Of a stretch of DNA of 31,654 bases, positions 28,669 through 31,654 are shown in pieces. This DNA comes from a virus. The DNA is taken from the UHGV virus genome UHGV-0150949. One strand, written 5' to 3'. Position 1 is the stretch's first letter. Every line of letters starts with the position of its first letter. The translations under genes and the position numbers were made by a program. The notes beneath the pieces were generated by a model. That model was not told where the DNA came from and did not search any database. It worked only from the letters and a program-made list of their open reading frames with translations.

Positions 28669-28875
28669 TCAACTCACAAAACGCCACGCCATTTTTGCTA
28701 CAGCGACAGGCATAACACCGATAATCACCCACAGGAAAATGCTACCGAAAAGCACACCTACCAGGTCTTTACCTTCGCCTACCAACCGGACAAAACTTCT
28801 GGCAACAACAATGAACGTCGCCACCATCCACATAGCACCGAGAATCCTCAATGCAGAGAAAATTAACTCAGCCAC
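28669..28875 (-). CDS. small hydrophobic protein (68 aa, two predicted TM segments)
   Basis: Track ORF. Likely a non-ATG start. Hydrophobic. Confidence 0.4.
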   Translation of the reverse strand: MAELIFSALRILGAMWMVATFIVVARSFVRLVGEGKDLVGVLFGSIFLWVIIGVMPVAVAKMAWRFVS

Positions 28876-28950
28876 GATTTACCCTCCCCCAAATAAAAAG
28901 GCCTGCGATTACCAGCAGGCCTGTTATTAGCTCAGTGATGTAGATGGTCA

Positions 28951-30387
28951 TCAGAATCCTCCTTTCTTCTTGGATTGCGGTTCCTCGCGTTCACGGCGGC
29001 GCATTTCAGCAGACTGTTGGTCTGTGTCATAAATAGCGCCATTTGCCTGAATGCAATACACCGTGCCGGTATTGCCATGACGATTGAGACGAAGGATTAG
29101 TTCGGTTTCACCAGGTGGAACACTGTCATCAAAAGCACCTTCACGATGGATCCCCACCCAATAATCGCAATCCTGTTCAATCTGCCCTGTATCTCGTGAG
29201 TCACTTGGTAATGGGCGTTTATTGGTTCGGCTTTCCAGTGCGCGGTTAAGCTGTGTCAGAAGCACAACAACGCAATCAAGCTCTTTGGCAAGGTTCTTCA
29301 GTCCTTTGGTGATCATGCCGTAAGCAAGGTCGTTGCGATCGGCCTTCTCAGCGGTCATTAGTGTCAGGTAATCGACCAGAATCATGCCAACACATCCTTT
29401 TTCTCGCTTGATTCGACGGCTTTCGCTGACGATTTGAGCCAGAGATAATCCCGGCGTGTCGTCGATGTAAAGCATGTCGATTTCACTCAAGCGATTGGCT
29501 GTTTCGATCGCCCTGTTGAAGTCACCATCGTAATCACCCTGATAGCCGTCATCAGCGTCATTTGTCGCCGGAAGGTAAAAAATATTCGGGTTAACACCTG
29601 ACTTCTGCCCTACCAGTTTTTCCAGTATCTGGTCACCTGGCATTTCAAGGCTGAACATCAGAGCGGGCTTTTTCTCATGCACTGCGCAGTTGATTGCCAT
29701 CTGGCTGTATAGCGTCGTTTTCCCCATCTTAGGGCGAGCGCCAATGACAAACAGAGAGCCTTTCACCAGACCTTTCGGTGACAGCATCCTGTCCAGCGAT
29801 GGGATGCCTGTGCTCATTCCTCGCTGTTCGCCTGACGGGTCAAATCGCTTCTCAAGGTCGCTAACCCAGTCTTCCATGACCTCGCCAAATGAGCGAAGGC
29901 CGCGACGCGATCCGGTTTTTGCATGGTCTGTCAGTTGCGTGAAAATCGCCTGAATAGCTTCGTACTTCTGCGTCGCAGTCATTCCGTTGCGGGAATAGAG
30001 CAATTCCGTCGCTTCAGTCATGCGGTTGATGGCGTAGCGTTCCATTGCGGTTTCGCGAACCTGCATTGCATAGGCAACGATGTTTGCGGCGCTTGGCGTG
30101 TTCTTTGCGATCTCAGCGATATAAGCAAAACCGCCAACAGACGCCGTTAACGATTTACGCTCCAGTTCATCGAAAAGCGTCAGGCCATCTACTGGCTTTT
30201 GCTCCCGGTGCATTCTGGTTATTTCTTCGAAAAGGATTTTGTGTGGTCGGCTGTAAAATGAATCAGGCTTCAGCATCGCCAGAACTTTCTGGACGCGCTC
30301 ACTGCTGTCATCATCCAGAAGCAATCCACCAATCACCGCCTGCTCTGCCTCGATGCTATGGGGCGGCGCATAAAAATTATCGGTCAT
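28951..30387 (-). CDS. replicative DNA helicase, DnaB-like (P22 gene 12 analogue)
   Basis: Track ORF 28951..30402, start at residue 6 ([18 protein letters not shown]...). Walker A GARPKMGKTT and DnaB-type N-terminal domain. Confidence 0.9.
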   Translation of the reverse strand: MTDNFYAPPHSIEAEQAVIGGLLLDDDSSERVQKVLAMLKPDSFYSRPHKILFEEITRMHREQKPVDGLTLFDELERKSLTASVGGFAYIAEIAKNTPSAANIVAYAMQVRETAMERYAINRMTEATELLYSRNGMTATQKYEAIQAIFTQLTDHAKTGSRRGLRSFGEVMEDWVSDLEKRFDPSGEQRGMSTGIPSLDRMLSPKGLVKGSLFVIGARPKMGKTTLYSQMAINCAVHEKKPALMFSLEMPGDQILEKLVGQKSGVNPNIFYLPATNDADDGYQGDYDGDFNRAIETANRLSEIDMLYIDDTPGLSLAQIVSESRRIKREKGCVGMILVDYLTLMTAEKADRNDLAYGMITKGLKNLAKELDCVVVLLTQLNRALESRTNKRPLPSDSRDTGQIEQDCDYWVGIHREGAFDDSVPPGETELILRLNRHGNTGTVYCIQANGAIYDTDQQSAEMRRREREEPQSKKKGGF

Positions 30388-31276
30388 CGTGTTCACCCTC
30401 ACGAACTTTCAGGTAGGTATTATCGTTAAGCAGGAAATCAAATCCCTTTTTGTGCCAGACGGTTCCGCGTTGATGGTTTGGGCGCTCTTCGAACATCCAT
30501 CGGCAATTTTCGCCAACGTAGCTCAAATAATTTCTCCAGTCCTGCATCGTGAAACCATGCCCGTCAAGCTGTCGGGTTATCACTCCGGCTTTGCGCCAGA
30601 ACGTTCGGATCTGGTTTTTACGCTTGTCATTCAGTGCGCGGATTCTTGGCGCTTCAGGAAGGATTTCGTGGTAAGCATCGACAACATCCTGACAGCTAAC
30701 GGAAGGTTTTTTCTTGTCAGACTTTTTGTCTGCTGCGGTACTCTCTAATACGTCAGTATTAGAGATAATATTATTATATTCTTTATCTGTGGTAATTTGC
30801 TGGTAATCTGCTGGTACAGTATTGCTTGCAGGCATTGGTATTGCTGGCTTTGAGGTGGTAATTTGCTGGTAATCTGCTGGTACAAAATTTGACTGATAAT
30901 CGTCATATTTCTCTACCGAGAAAACTGAGAATTTACCGTGTGAAACCCAGTCAATCATGCCGAGTTTTTTGAACTTTCTAAGCAGGTACTGAACGCGATC
31001 TGGTTTGAGTCCTGTTTCAAACGCCAGAGAGTTTCTACCACCAAGTAGCTTCCCTCTGCCTACCAGAATTTCTCCTGCGTCAGTCATTACATACTCAGGC
31101 GTATGCTTTGCTTTGAGGATTAAGTGAACCCACAGATGCGCTGCTTCTGCGTCCTTGTAAAACGGCACATCCATAATTTTACGGTGCAGCAAGGCATACC
31201 CCTTACCGCTGCTTTGATGCGGTTGTTGGAGCCTTCTGGCCTCTCTGGCTTCGGCTAGATTAGATATGTTACTCAT
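30377..31276 (-). CDS. replication initiator, lambda O-like (P22 gene 18 analogue)
   Basis: 299 aa upstream of the helicase. Internal tandem peptide repeats ([10 protein letters not shown]) are encoded by DNA iterons, as in lambda O/ori. Confidence 0.8.
   Translation of the reverse strand: MSNISNLAEAREARRLQQPHQSSGKGYALLHRKIMDVPFYKDAEAAHLWVHLILKAKHTPEYVMTDAGEILVGRGKLLGGRNSLAFETGLKPDRVQYLLRKFKKLGMIDWVSHGKFSVFSVEKYDDYQSNFVPADYQQITTSKPAIPMPASNTVPADYQQITTDKEYNNIISNTDVLESTAADKKSDKKKPSVSCQDVVDAYHEILPEAPRIRALNDKRKNQIRTFWRKAGVITRQLDGHGFTMQDWRNYLSYVGENCRWMFEERPNHQRGTVWHKKGFDFLLNDNTYLKVREGEHDDR
30791..30884. repeat. candidate origin of replication: iterons inside the O-like gene with adjacent AT-rich tract
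   Basis: Two copies of a 28-bp unit GGTAATTTGCTGGTAATCTGCTGGTACA (each containing sub-repeats TGCTGGTA), with an AT-rich segment at about 30750-30790 on the downstream side in O orientation. Confidence 0.55.
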
Positions 31277-31415
31277 GACCTTTCTCCTTCTGCATCAGCT
31301 TCACTTTTTCCAACTCAGCCCGGAATCGACCAGGCTGCTTGAAGCTGGACAGGAAGCGATCACGTAGTATGTGTTTGTGAATTTTGTCCTGGTAAGGACT
31401 GAGTTGTTTTGTCAT
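31269..31415 (-). CDS. small protein (48 aa) between cII-like and O-like genes, ORF48-like position
   Basis: My translation: [53 protein letters not shown] 5 nt upstream. Stop overlaps the O start. Not in ORF track (below 60 aa). Confidence 0.5.
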   Translation of the reverse strand: MTKQLSPYQDKIHKHILRDRFLSSFKQPGRFRAELEKVKLMQKEKGHE

Positions 31416-31447
31416 AATTACTCCTGTGGATTGATCCAGTAATTCCC

Positions 31448-31654
31448 TCAGAATTGCATATCAATTTGCTTAAAATCCTCGGTGGCGGCCGGGGATTTTT
31501 TCTTTGTGATTTCATCAAGCGCATACTTAAAAGCCCTGCTAATCGGACTGATGTCTGATGCCATTCCGAAAGCACACAAGACCGAAGCAATAAATCTCCA
31601 GTCCGTTCTGCTTATCTTCGATTCATGACAGCCAATCATCTTTGCCAGACCGCG
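31448..31654 (-). CDS. cII-like transcriptional activator, 5'-truncated by window edge
   Basis: C-terminus ...[18 protein letters not shown] parallels the lambda cII C-terminus (...KKRPAATERSEQIQMEF) and ISRTDW parallels ISRWKRDW. Frame open to the window end. Confidence 0.6.
   Translation of the reverse strand, partial: RGLAKMIGCHESKISRTDWRFIASVLCAFGMASDISPISRAFKYALDEITKKKSPAATEDFKQIDMQF

Noticed and set aside
31360-31590. 76-aa - strand ORF overlapping the cII-like and ORF48-like genes in another frame
   Set aside because: Overlaps two better-supported genes out of frame. Pro/Arg-rich translation with no RBS.
1-31654. CRISPR arrays, rRNA genes, IS elements or transposases
   Set aside because: No short regularly spaced repeats, no rRNA-like sequence and no transposase-like ORFs seen. 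The only mobile-type gene is the HNH endonuclease.

Overview
The window reads as most of a temperate, mosaic lambdoid podophage genome (P22/Sf6-like, Lederbergvirus-type) in the phage (attP-intact) configuration rather than an integrated prophage with host flanks. All calls are from reading the ORF translations and the sequence by eye; no database search was run, so family names are recollection of established families, not hits. Layout: early-left genes on the + strand (1-2108) converge on a P4-type integrase (2089-3267, -) with arm-type repeats upstream of it. The rest of the window is on the - strand and runs right to left: cII-like (partial, window edge), ORF48-like, O-like initiator with internal iterons, DnaB-like helicase, an accessory cluster of small genes, a nin region (NinB/E/X/F, Rha-KilAC antirepressor-like, YbcO-like, HNH endonuclease, RusA, NinH), Q, a lambda-type S-R-Rz/Rz1 lysis cassette, then an Sf6/P22-type structural module (TerS, TerL, portal, scaffold, coat, gp4/gp10/needle/gp14, gp7/gp20/gp16 ejection proteins), an immI remnant (mnt only) and a tailspike. 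The immunity region (cI/cro/N) lies outside the window. Best candidates for something undescribed: the duplicated small-gene cluster between the helicase and ninB (27.5-28.95 kb), the HExxH protein plus divergent lipoprotein inside the late operon (6.6-7.5 kb), the tailspike's divergent C-terminal domain, and the two small genes plus ORF-poor DNA between tailspike and attP. Coordinates of features I defined by eye (terminators, repeats, sub-60-aa ORFs) may be off by a base or two.
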